Positions 24,801 to 36,580 of a stretch of DNA of 64,000 bases are shown one piece after another. The translations under genes and the position numbers were made by a program. The stretch's first letter is position 1; each line of letters opens with the position of its first letter. The DNA is from Harriotta raleighana (Eukaryota): contig JBNZDD010013635.1 of NCBI GenBank assembly GCA_050575255.1, positions 2,949,356 through 3,013,355 of the forward strand. The letters run 5' to 3'. The notes under the pieces are model-generated. The model made no database searches and was not told the origin of the DNA. It worked only from the letters and a program-made list of their open reading frames with translations.

Positions 24801-26269
24801 CCAATCTATTCTTTCGGGACACATATGTGTTGCCCATGATAAACAAGCCTTTTCTTATGATAACATTTAAACTAGTGCTGCTTGCTTTATGCTGTTGACA
24901 CAATGTCCTGTCGCCACTAATAGTTTATTGGGCGTATCAAAGTGATGTTCTTCTCTTTCCTGACGACTTTACTGTGTGCAGATTGGTTAATTCCCGATCC
25001 GAATGAAAGATGAAATGTTGAAACTAAGTGTTTGGTATCACTGCAAGCAGCAGTGTGTCTTCTAAGTGGAGAAGACAAAGCCATTAAATGTGCGAGAGGT
25101 TCAAATGATAATGTTTGCTCACCTCTTCATTTAATGGCAACAAGCAATCTTCAGTTTCAAATGTTCAGAAACTTGTCACATCCTCCGATCTACACCTAGG
25201 AAAATAAATGACAAAGATGCCTTAATAAAGCTGGAAGAAGAGAGAGAAACCAAACAAAGCTTGGCCCTTATTTTGTTCCAGTTGTGGATTCAGTGCTCTA
25301 AAACCAACAATTGGAAATTGCAGTCCTATTTCACAAGCTGCAGAGAAAAGCCATCATTTATTCATACAGTTACAGCCTGATGAAGTTGGTTAGCTCATTC
25401 CTGCTCTGGAATATTTGCATCATTTACAGTGAATAACCTGCTGGCTTTGTATGTTTTATTGACCTTTGTAGACAGAAAAAGGACATTCTTTAGATTGTTG
25501 GCTGCACTAGCAAACATAGTGCCATTGCTCGAGAAGCAAATTAATAGTATTTCCCCAGAAGCCCTATATTTACGCAAGAAACAAAATGCAAAATGTAATG
25601 GTGAAAGACTGTGGTCTAATTTTTGGGGACGCCTTATCCGTTTGGTGCAACAGCTGACCAGCACTAAATCTTAACAGAAAGGATAAATGAAACAAATAAA
25701 TCAGTGTGATAAGAACAGTGGCTGCAAGTGGATTAAGGTCAAACGGGGCAGAAGATCTCAGCAAGATCCTGATTCAGAGATTTATATCAGACTGTGAATA
25801 TACTCCATAGGGAATAAAGTATAACATTACAGAGGATTTTTTTCTCCATTTGCAGAAAGAATGCATGGAATTAAAGACAGTTTGTTTTTAAAAAAATTGG
25901 CTTATATTCTTTTGAGTTGGCTATAAGTAAGAGTTTACATGCAAGGATTCTTATTATTATTGTGAATTTGTTGCTGATGAATTCAGGGTGCTAAGCGTAA
26001 ACCAGACAATGCATATTTACTTTTATTGCAAGTGAGAGCCCTGCACTGTGAAGTCAAAGATTCATGTTAGGCTTATATAAAAAGCACAATGCAAATTTGC
26101 TATCACTTCACAGAACTGAGTGCGTGTGGCAGAAAAGTAATTTAATAGCTCCTGCTGCGTGGCCCAACTCAAGCAGAGCCCTCGATATAAACCTAGAGGG
26201 ATTGCAATTAGTCAGGTCATCTCAACCTCTGCTGATGCTGTACAGCTGCTGCTGTGAAGAAGCACTGAG

Positions 26270-26392
26270 ATACGTTGCAGTGTTCTCAGTGAATAATAAG
26301 TATGCGACATCTGAAGACATTGCTAAACAAGTGAAATGGTCAGACAAGTGGCTGTGGTTTGATGCAGATAAATACGAGGTACTCCATTTTGT
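26270..26392 (+). mobile_element. old CR1 RT fragment
   Basis: EDIAKQVKWSDKWLWFDADKYEVLHF resembles CR1 LQ.DLD.L.EWA..WQM.FN..KC.VLHFG. Confidence 0.55.
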
Positions 26393-26669
26393 CTGTCTGT
26401 GGGACATTGCTGTGCACAATGCACGGTCAGTGAATCTTGCAGTAAAAATAGGCGTTACATCAAACGCAAGTTTTTTTTAAAGATAGGTAGAGCCCTTTCT
26501 AATTATCTTGCAATTCCACACTGCTCAGTTAATACAATGGATCAGGAATTGCACTGTCAGTCACATAGAAGAGAAAAATGTCAATTTGCTCCATTTGTTT
26601 TCTCTTATTGTGACATGGAGGTCCCTGCTGACTAACTGCCTTGGTGTTACCCAGTGGAGAAACTGCCCT

Positions 26670-26850
26670 CGACAAACCAATACCCCTGACAATCCAATAC
26701 CCTTAAACACACAAACCAATATACTGTTTCACAGGTAAAAACAATATAACTCACTCACAAAACAATATGTTTCATCCCCAGACCAATAAGTTCACATAAA
26801 AAAACACAATATAGTCCTCACAAAAACCAATGCAGTTCACATGCAAACAA
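26670..26850. repeat. degenerate minisatellite (~17-24 bp unit AAA[C/A]CAATA..TTCAC)
   Basis: About 8 imperfect units, each with CCAAT or ACAAT. Confidence 0.5.
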
Positions 26851-27582
26851 CAAAAACACCAGTACACCCAGATCACAAAGTCTGCAATTTCTCTGTATTT
26901 TTCCCTCCGGGCCTCGAGTCAGTTTCCTATTTGTTTTCTTTTCTCTGCCTGTTTGTATCAAAGACACACTGGAAAATAATAGAGAACTGGTGAAATTGCA
27001 ATTTGATTTTGGAGAACGAAAGGTGGGGGAAAAAAAGCTGTTCAACTGCCTAAGAATTGTGGTCAGCCTGTGATGAAGCGGGAGCGACATGTGCTACGCA
27101 CGCAAGTATTATAAAGTTTGACAATCTGGTTAGTTTCTTTGGATTCTAGCAGATTTCAATTCACTAGGGTGTGTGCCATTATCCTATGTCCAATTCAGAC
27201 AAGAATTTCCCCGTAAAATCCCTGTATGGCTTTACACAGGAATACATGAATTGCTGGACGAAAAAAGTCCACGGTCCATCTATTTCACTTTCTATCATCC
27301 TTGCGACATTAATGCAGATGTTGATAGCAATAAATTCTGTATGGATTAGTCTACAACATGGAGTAAGTAGGAATCTGGTTTGACGGATAGCTTTTCCGGG
27401 GGGTAATAATACCTTTACAAATATAATTATTTGGTCACTCAATCTACAACTATTTGTGATAGATCTTGCCGAACAGGAATCTGAATGAGACCTAGGGGGA
27501 TAGTGGACTCCTCATTCATTGTGTCAAAATACTGTGAGGAGGTGGTAAACAAGCTAAAGCTCCTCACATTTTTAACGAGATG

Positions 27583-27935
27583 TCTCAGTGGAGACTTTAG
27601 TGAGGTCTATACAATCTTAAATGGGAATTAAGAAGGAGCAATACTTTTGATGCTTTCTAGGACAATACTGTACATTCAGATACGTGAAGGAAGTGGAAAA
27701 GAGTGCACAGATTCAGGGTAGAAAAGGACAATTTTAAGAAAGACACCAGGAAATAGTTCTTTACTCATAGGTTATTTAACAATCAATTACATGGAAGAAT
27801 AGTTGAGGTTAGGATGCTTGAATCATTTAAGAAACAGCTTGATAACATAAGTGGAGGACAGTAGTGTGGGTATTCAGGAGTGGTTAGAACAATGAGCCAA
27901 AAGGCCTTTGTTCATACCTTTCTTTAGATCTTGTG
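27583..27935 (+). mobile_element. old CR1 ORF2 end plus 3' UTR
   Basis: ggagactttagtgaggtctatacaatc (GDL.EVY.I), ttctttactcatag (FFT.R), tcatttaagaaacagcttgat (SFKKQLD). Confidence 0.65.
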
Positions 27936-28566
27936 AAATAAAAATGTCTCACTGACATAGAAGAGCTGCTCTGTTTAGTTTGTAGTTGTTATTTTAGGCT
28001 TCATTTTTTGCTAATTGGTCAATTTACTATCATTTACTAAAGGCGTAACTTTATTAATAGTCCCACTATTGTTGGAGTTTAGAAGGTCACTAAAGTATAC
28101 TGCAAAAATTTAACAATTCACTCTGGTGATCTCCACAGAGGTATAATTTCTGAAGCTATTCTGGGGCATCTAACTGATGCTAATAGTGGATCCCCTAATT
28201 AATAATATTCTATATCCCAGCATTTAAAAACATTTGTATTGATCAGAATTGAATAATGCCTGCAAACTGGTTAATTCAACATGCTTCTTGGGCAAACCAA
28301 TTTACATAATGTAAACTGAAATGCTTACCATGCAGTGCGCATGATACAATCTATTTTATATGAATAAGATTGACAGTTCTTTGAACAGAACAGATGTAGT
28401 TTGTATATAAACCAATGTAACGGCATGCAAATCAATGTAAAATAGCAACATGCTTCACCTGAATTCCAGCAACAACATCAGACACAAATGTTCAGTGTGA
28501 GTCTTTTCCTGCAACAGGGATCTGTCAGATTAACTTTTGAAAGGATCTACAGACTTGCTGTTCATT

Positions 28567-28580
28567 GCACTAGGGGGCAG
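28567..28580 (+). promoter_or_regulatory. CTCF-like motif
   Basis: GCACTAGGGGGCAG. Confidence 0.35.
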
Positions 28581-29129
28581 TTCAATCCATCAATTTAATA
28601 ACCAGTTGTAAAAATCCCTTCCAAACTCTTGAGTAGCCGGTATTTTTCTAATTCTGAAAGCATGCCCATTTTTCCCTACATTTCCCATTTCTTTCAAAGA
28701 TTGCATTCATTTACGCTCGATCTGCTGAGCTTTCTGTTTAGAGGATTGAATCAAATCTCTTTGCTTTGCTAAAGAGAATAATCTTAGTTCCTCTGCCTGT
28801 ATAATAAAGGGTATGAGCATTCGATTACATTTATTCTTCTTCCCGCTTCCTTTCTTATGAATTTATGCCTCTGTGGAGATCACCAGAGTGGCTAAATTTT
28901 TTGCAGTATACAGTACTTTAGTGATAGATTCTGTACAGCCTCAACCACTACTGAATCAAGTTAAAGGTTTGCACCTTAGGCAGAAAAACAACACCGATAC
29001 CCTCAATAGGCACCATCTCCTGGAAACAATGTTTGTTAGTTGGCACCGCCTTTAACAGTATTTCCTCAGATGTAACCCTATGCTTGGATGTTGGGCGTTC
29101 TGCAATCTGCAATTGTTGCCAAAATGAAT

Positions 29130-29306
29130 GACCAAAATTGCTCATTCGCATCATTGGCTGTTTGTGGGACATTTCTGGGAGCAAATTGGCCACCTTGTTC
29201 GTCTAAGCATACAGTCACTGTGCTTTACCGTGAAAACCCGTGAAGCACTTTGAGTCATTTCAATGACGTGACGTGACTCTGTATTGAAAGCAAGAATTAT
29301 TATTAA
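29130..29306 (+). mobile_element. DeuSINE 3' half
   Basis: gctgtttgtgggacatt...caaattggc...gaagcactttgag...aattattatt. Confidence 0.7.
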
Positions 29307-30485
29307 ATACGAGTGTTGGCAGTCTAGAATTATTGAATCACATATATTCCAGCATAAGCAGAGCCCGTTTGGCTCACTCACTGTGCCTAAGGTGTTGTTT
29401 GCCTAAGGAGTTAAGAGCGAAGCAATATGAAAATGGGGGACAATCATAATAAAACCAATCCTACTCTTACATAGATAGAAATGTGCTCTCTTTGAGCAGG
29501 AGTCATTAGATAGCAAAGAAAAGGGAGTAGGAACCATTGTTGATTTGCTTGTCTTTTCCAGTACCCTAAATGAGATCCACTAACATAGCACAAACAAGGA
29601 ATCAAACAAGTAACTATGGTCCAGGTAGCTCCGTCTTTACCAATTAAGCAGGTCGGGGCGTTTGAATTTCTTTCCTTTAATGCGGGCAAACATGGCTGAG
29701 CCAACTTCAAAGGAGAGAGATTCAAATGATCTCCACAGAAACAACACCGTGATAAACATAACCAGAAAATAGTCAGAAAGGGGACAAGCAGAATAATCAC
29801 TGGAAATCTGTCAGCTTCAAAGTAGAAAAATGAAGATACAAAGGATTATACAGTAATGCTCTTAAACATCCTTTGGTGAACAACACATAACCCTACTATT
29901 GACGAAATGCTGTCATGTATATGGAATTAATCAGTGTTTTGTAAACATTCCCTTTTATCTGTTAAGTATGTGACTGTTATTTGGAATATGCACTTGTGGT
30001 TAGGTTATGTTGTCAAATTAAATATTGCAATGTTTTGTTCTGTTATTGCGGGAGTGTTTTGAGCAAATGTATTCATATTGCTGGCACCAGTGGCTAATAG
30101 ACATGGGGAGCAAGAGAACAACATAGAGATGGAAATGCCAGTACAAACCCAATCATATTTATCAGTTAAGAGCGACTGTATTTATTTGCATATTTCCGAA
30201 GGAGTTTAGCCTCAGTGTGTAGGTTTTGAGTGGCCTAAATCAGGAATTGCAGGGACCTGGAAACTCAATATTAACATTGTTTTACTGATAGCTATGAAGG
30301 TGACAGAGCTATTAATGTCTGTGGTATACCTGCTCCTGGCAGACAGTGATTATGCAGACATTCAGTCAATCGTTCATGATGCTTATAATACAGCAAGTTA
30401 AGAAAGCACCTTGATTCATTTCCGGCAGTATAACTGACCAGGTGCTGGCAACTCTCCAATAGTTTATGTCATTGTTGGGTTTACC

Positions 30486-30711
30486 AAAGTGAATTGACTG
30501 TATATTTTGTAGGCGAAATATGGCAGCTAATTGTGCACAGCAGTGTCCCACAAATAGTTGTGGATTGAAATAAACAATTTATTATTGTTTTATTAAAGGA
30601 TTATTATTGGGTATATGGAGTAAGGAAACTTGCCCAAGGTTTTGCCCTGCCTGCAATTGAACCCAGGTCTCTCGCTTGCAAGGCAAGTGCTCTAACCACT
30701 GAGCTACAGGA
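30486..30711 (-). mobile_element. young tRNA-Deu-L2 SINE (tail missing)
   Basis: A box TAGCTCAGTGG and B-box-like GGTTCAATTGC on minus strand, plus Deu segment. Confidence 0.9.
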
Positions 30712-30778
30712 TATTTGCAACCATTCGTAATGCTTTATCATACGATCTTCATTCTGGCTCAGTTAGTGAAGCATTTGT

Positions 30779-31125
30779 GGAGTCCTATGGCTCAGTGGTT
30801 AGAGCATTCGCCTTACAAGTGTGAGACCTGTGTTTGAATCCAGGCAGGTCAGGACGAAACCTTGGGCAAGTTTCCTTACTACACACATCTAATAATAATC
30901 CCTCAAAAAAAAAACACAAAAAAAAAATTGGACTTTCAATCCATGAATGTTTGTGGGACACTGCTGTGCGCAATTGGCTGTCACGTTTCGCCTACAAGTA
31001 TACAGTCAATTCACTTTACAGTATGTTCTGTGAAGCTCTTTGAGATGTCTGGTAGAAGACGTGAAAAGTGCTATGTCAAATGCAATGATTATTACTATGA
31101 TTATTATTATTATTTATTATTATTT
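30779..31125 (+). mobile_element. full-length young tRNA-Deu-L2 SINE
   Basis: tRNA-like head, accttgggcaagtttcc, Deu segment tgtttgtgggacactgctgtgcgcaattggctg, L2-like tail and (ATT)n. Confidence 0.9.
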
Positions 31126-32087
31126 GTGATGAAGAAAGTACTTCACAGTTGACAAATGGGCAAACATGGCAATCATCTCTGGAGATACTTTAAGGTTCTC
31201 CAAATTATTCGACCAAAGGGTTCCAAGCAGAGTTATAAACAAATACAGAACCAACGTGTACACTATTTAAAATATGCCTGATATCCTTGAAACTAAGGAG
31301 CTTCTAACCTGAGACAAACGTGTTACACTATTGCCTGTAAAACGCTGCCATTCAGCATGATAAAAAGAATACATTGTGGTTTTATTTGAATGGGCAGAAA
31401 AACATTCTGCCTTCTGTGCCTCGGCTGGGTGAGGTAAATGAGCCATGGGACACAAACATATTGTGAGAAGGGAGTTGAGGGTCAATTGGATTGCAAAAGT
31501 AATGCAGAAATTATAAATTAATGATCCCACTAATCATTTTCATTACAGTTATTCATGAGGTCTGTGAATGATCAAAACTCTTTGAAACACTTTCACAAAC
31601 ATTATTCATCTGATTGAAAAACTTTGCTATCAAAAAATCCTATGAGGAATAAATATTCTGCAGGGGTTGAGGTTTGAAATTAAACTTGGTACTGTATTAG
31701 ACTTAGATTGTATCATGTAGAATTGTGAAACACTCTTAAGTTCAGTCTTTAATTTGGAGACCAGATTTTGTTTTTAGAAGCAAAGAGAATCTTGGAGAGC
31801 TTTTCTTGAGAATATTAAATGGTTGGAGTGGATAACCTAGTATGGACTGGATAACCTAGTATGGTACAGAATGTGGGCAGGTAAATGGCTGGATGGAAAA
31901 ATTAGCTCTTATTGTTCCATCATCTCTGTTTTCTTAACATTGGTGATAATCAAAAAGTAACATAATGTAACAATCGTTTATTGAAATTGTGATATGAACC
32001 ACTCTGAAATCCTTCAATATGCCACTAATGTGCAGTGTTATTAGAAAACTGCACAAAGCTCTCTGGGTCTTTATTTTGTTTCACCCT

Positions 32088-32140
32088 AGCACGCACGGAC
32101 GCACGCACGCACTCACTCACTCACTGACACAGACACACAT
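32088..32140. repeat. compound microsatellite (GCAC)n(TCAC)n(CA)n
   Basis: Seen directly. Confidence 0.8.
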
Positions 32141-33524
32141 CACTAATCCATGGAACGCCTTGTATTTCTGCAACCCGAAAGAAAATGACAAAACTGGCAA
32201 ATGTTCATTAATAATACTAACATCTGAATGCTGTGATAATGCTTAAAATCACTCTTTACCTCGATCCGACATTGTTATATGTTTCAGATTGTGACAAAGT
32301 AGGACAGAAGATCCAAGGTAGCATTATCCAAAATTTCTGAAGGAGGTTGTGGAGTTGGAGTAACAAAAGCTGGATCCACATCACATTTGTCTAATTTTCC
32401 TATTGTACCGTAGATGGCCTTTGATTTAATTGATGAGAATGGGTAAAAAAGCATGAAGAAAAATGCTCAGGAAGAACTTTAAAGTAAAGTTTGAGACTAA
32501 TCTTCTGGGCCCAGCAGTAACATTCCTGTGATGTGCCACTAATGACAAGACTATCATCTTTAATGATGCATGATGGGGGGAGTAACTGGATTTATCTGAA
32601 ATGCATAGAGCTGATGGTGTTTTCTAAGTGTAGAAATGTCAAATATGTGACATTTCATAATTCAGTCGCAGAACTAAACTCCAAAAAAAGGTTAAGAAAA
32701 TAAAATAGATACGAAATGGAGGAACAAAATGAATTGAGATGAAGATACGAGCATATCAAAGTCTTTCAGATAAGGCAGGAATGCTACAATCACTAGGCGT
32801 TGGGTTAGAATTTGTTTTTAGAAATATGGTCCAAATGTTACAATATAATGTCAATTACTTGGATGAGTTAAAGTATTCTCCATGTAACTGAAGATATCAG
32901 GAATGTTAAATTATTTATGCTGTTTAAATTGACTAAAACTAAGAAAAACTGATAGCAAGCAGTTCAAATAATTCCTGACCTTTAATTCTTTTGACCTTTT
33001 TAAATGATTCAAATCTCAATGAATTGCAGCTGTATGCATGTTAAGTATCACATCACAGCTTTCGATATATCTCTGAGATATATATATATCTGTGAGGTTC
33101 TTTGTAATGAATATGTCTTATGGTCTCCAGATATATACACTCTGTGTGAATACTTCTCTTACAATCTTACTAAATACAGTAGTAGATTATTTTCTCCAAT
33201 GCAAATCAGATAGAGCTAACTCTAACATATTTTTCACTATGAACCCAAGTCTGATGGCAACAAGTTACCAGTTTGCTCAGGTCTAATGCATCATTATACT
33301 GTTCCTGTTGGGGAAATAACATTGGAACATACCATACTGGTGTAGCTTAACTTCAGATCAGATGGGGCTCTACCAAACTGACCCCTACAGTATGTTTGTC
33401 CATTGCAGGAGATCAAGCTTCAAATGGAAACAATGGTTTATACTGTATTTCCCTAAGGTTTCCCTGTAATACCAAGTTTGCCTTCTCAAATACTTCATCT
33501 AATAAACATGAATAATGTTGCATG

Positions 33525-33865
33525 TGGCAATGACCTGGGAAAACTTTGCATTGTCAGAGGTGCCATGTTTCAGATGAAATCTTAAATCATGGTTTTGTCT
33601 ATTTATTTTCAGGTGCATGTTAACAATCCCATAGCACTATTTGAGAAGTGACGGGAGGTTCTTTCAGTGTCCTAGCTAACAGTGCCACAGTGCCATTAGA
33701 TTCACTGATCATTCAACACCAAATTATTTGTGAGACCATGTAAGTACAAATAGCGGGCACATTTGCTTAAAAATATTACATCTGACTACACAATACAGCA
33801 ATTCACAGCGGTGTGAAACAAATCACAGTAAAGCGTTATTTTAAATTCAATGATTATTATTATAC
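33525..33865 (+). mobile_element. old DeuSINE (SacSINE1/AmnSINE1-like)
   Basis: gcattgtcagaggtgccatgtttcagatga...atcccatagcactatttgagaag...gtgtcctagctaaca. Confidence 0.7.
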
Positions 33866-33948
33866 GATTTCAATGCAGATTTCTGCAGCTGTTCAACAAT
33901 TGAATGTGGAAGGCCCTTGATGATTTCCAGTTTGTATTATTTATCATG

Positions 33949-34254
33949 GGAGTTCTGTAGCTCAGTGGTTAGAGCATTCGCCTTGTAAACGAGAGTCCTG
34001 GGTTCAGTTCCAGGCAACCTTGGGAAGGTTTCCTTACTCCACATGCCTAATAATAATCCTTCAATAAGCAATAATAAATTGGTCATTTCAATCCACAACT
34101 GTTGGTGGGATACTGCTGTGCACAATTGGCTGCTGCATTCCGCCCACATATATGTAGTCAATTCACTTTATATTCTGTAAAGCACTTTTAGATGTCTAAA
34201 AGATGTGAAAAGTGCTATATCAAATGCAAGGATTATTATTTATTATTATTATTT
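33949..34254 (+). mobile_element. full-length young tRNA-Deu-L2 SINE
   Basis: A box TAGCTCAGTGG, B box GGTTCAGTTCC, Deu segment, (ATT)n tail. Confidence 0.9.
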
Positions 34255-34329
34255 ACTGAGCATTCACATACAAGACAATTGGATTTCACTTTCACAGCTC
34301 ACCCACAGAGCATATATTGTCTGGCCAGA

Positions 34330-34374
34330 CCAAGATCCATTGAGATCCAAGATCCATTGAGATCCAAGATCCAT
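34330..34374. repeat. 17-bp tandem repeat (ccaagatccattgagat) x2.6
   Basis: Seen directly. Confidence 0.85.
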
Positions 34375-35007
34375 CTGTGCAGCAAGACATTATACAATTT
34401 GGTTTTATTCTAAGCAACACATAATCGTCAGCTAACAATCCGAGACGAGTGGGATAATTGATTGAAATATATAAAGTCTGGGGTTTTAAGGAGCTGTGGG
34501 ACTCATGGACTTGTCCTGTCCCTCTTCATCTATTAGAACTTTATGTGAGCTTTCTCCAGTCTGATATTTCAACATCTAATTCCAAAGAAGTGTTCCATCT
34601 CTAAAAGCCTTTGGTGAAGTGTCAGATGCTTCAGAAAAAAATCTATTATCAAGAGATAGAATCTGGCTCTTTGCAACGTCTTCAATAATCAATATCAGGC
34701 TCAGGTGGACCTGGCTGCTGAGAGTAAATCCCTGTAGTAATGTGCAATGTTTTAGAAAAACATAAATGTGTAGATTTAAAGAAATTGAATATTTCAAAAT
34801 GGCACAGTTGTGAAGTGTTCACATTTACTCTATGGGAAAACAGAGTAATGGTTTCCTTGAGTCGGCTGTGAAATGGATTTAAATGGACCATTAGCAGGTG
34901 TTAAATGACAAAGGTAAAAGGTTTTACCCCTCACCAAGGGGTTGGGAAACTAATTAGACTTTGGATTCTGGGCACTGATAGAAATGAACATCTAATGGGG
35001 TCTTATA

Positions 35008-35285
35008 AATGGCAATCTATATGGTTTTACTGGTTAAACTTTAGCAATACCCCAACGCACACTCTGAGGTCATCAAACCTTGGCTCTTGTCAACCTGCGC
35101 CTAATACTTTCTGGAATTGGTAAGCAGGATGCATCCCGCTGGGGAGAGAGTGTGCATTCCATTCTAACAATCTATCTCTGGGATTTCCATGTGAAGGTGG
35201 ATCTATGGAAATTCCAGCTTGGTTTGGATACTCTTAAACCTGGTGATGTGTCAGACACCCGGCTGACCCCCCAAAAAACAACTAA
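35008..35285 (+). repeat. unnamed interspersed repeat, copy B (longest)
   Basis: Aligns by eye with 7685-7920(-), 36324-36469(+) and 53041-53262(-). Confidence 0.75.
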
Positions 35286-35916
35286 AGTCTTCTATTCCGA
35301 CTTCCGCTCATATACTCACACTATCACCATAATGGCATACTCTGGCAATGCAAGATAGCCCAGGGCTTTGACTTTGAGTGGTGTCCTAAATAGAGATTAA
35401 TTGGTAAATTGCAAGATAACTCCCATAACTAAAATAGGTCAGATTGTCAAGTGTTGACGTATGACTACATTAGGACAATAGAATTGACATCAATGTTTAA
35501 TGTTTTCTTTCTTCCCTTCCTGACTCACTCATTGTATTTTTTCCCAACATGTTGAGACAATGAGACTGTTTCAAATCAGAAGGAGTGCATTTATGCATTC
35601 TGCACAGCAGTCAAAATGTGGTCGTTTGTGCACAAAACAAATGTATTTATGTGGCTTGGGGTATAAGAACTCAACTTGTATCTCAAATCAACTTTACATC
35701 CATCTCTGCTCACTAAAAAATGGATCCAAAAAGCTCAACTTTCAAAGGTTGAGCTTTGGCTCTGTAGAGGCACATCAGAAACACAGCAGATATACAATAA
35801 TCAAAAATAATTAGTAATAGTATCACTTAATATTAGGACATATTGTGGAAACCCCAGTGCTCAGTGACATTGTGAACTTTCAGTTCCCTTTGAAGATATG
35901 GATTGAAATCTATATA

Positions 35917-36318
35917 CAGTAAAACCTTGTTTATCTGGTACCCAACCAACTGGCATACTCAACCAACTGGTATCTCCTAACTGTATTGGGAGATCCAGGA
36001 CACTCACAGTATACTCACTTTGCGCACTTATTAAACTTACCGAACAATGGAATGCTTTTTTACTGATCATTTTACCAAGTGTGCTGGAATGCTTTATNGA
36101 TGGAATGCTTTTTTACCGATCATTTTACCAAGTGTGCTGGAATGCTTTATTGGTACGTATCCATTCAATATTCTGTTGTTATTATTAATATGGTATGTTT
36201 TAAAATAAGTTCATTTTTTGTGTAGGATTTTCGGCAACTTGCAGCTCGACTATCCGGCATATTTGATTAACTGGCAATGGTCAGATCCCGAGGGTGCCGG
36301 ATATCAAAGGTTTTACTG
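35917..36318. mobile_element. Tigger/pogo-like MITE
   Basis: TIR CAGTAAAACCTTGTTTATCTGGTACCC vs CAGTAAAACCTTTGATATCCGGCACCC, TA flanks. Internal segment is the reverse complement of 57060-57145. Confidence 0.85.
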
Positions 36319-36323
36319 TAGTT

Positions 36324-36580
36324 AGGTAAACAGGATGTATCCTTCCAGGAGTAGAATGCACATTCCATGCCAATAAATATCTGGAATTTTCACATATAGG
36401 TGGACTGCATGGAACTGTATTTGGTTTGGATACTCTTAAGCAGGTGTCAGCCACCCGACTGACCACCAANGCCAATAAATATCTGGAATTTTCACGTATA
36501 GGTGGACTGCATGGAACTGTGTTTGGTTTGGATACTCTTAAGCAGGTGTCAGCCACCCGACTGACCACCAAACACTAAAC
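36324..36580 (+). repeat. unnamed interspersed repeat, copy C (3' part duplicated across N at 36470)
   Basis: ggtaaacaggatg...ggtttggatactcttaa...gtgtcagccacccgactgacc. Confidence 0.75.

Noticed and set aside
26670-26850. CRISPR-like array
   Set aside because: Eukaryotic context. Units are degenerate with no constant repeat or unique spacers.
30779-30850. tRNA genes (also 33949, 20094, 45331)
   Set aside because: SINE heads: no proper acceptor stem, variable anticodon, always followed by SINE body or tail
12518-31864. Short tandem duplications (12518-12546, 20015-20058, 31829-31864) and small hairpins (19098-19119)
   Set aside because: Ordinary slippage products or chance-level stems
35119-36469. 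Direct repeats at 35.1 kb and 36.3 kb as paired LTRs or a local duplication
   Set aside because: Two further copies occur far away on the opposite strand, so it is a dispersed family. No TG..CA ends, PBS or PPT.
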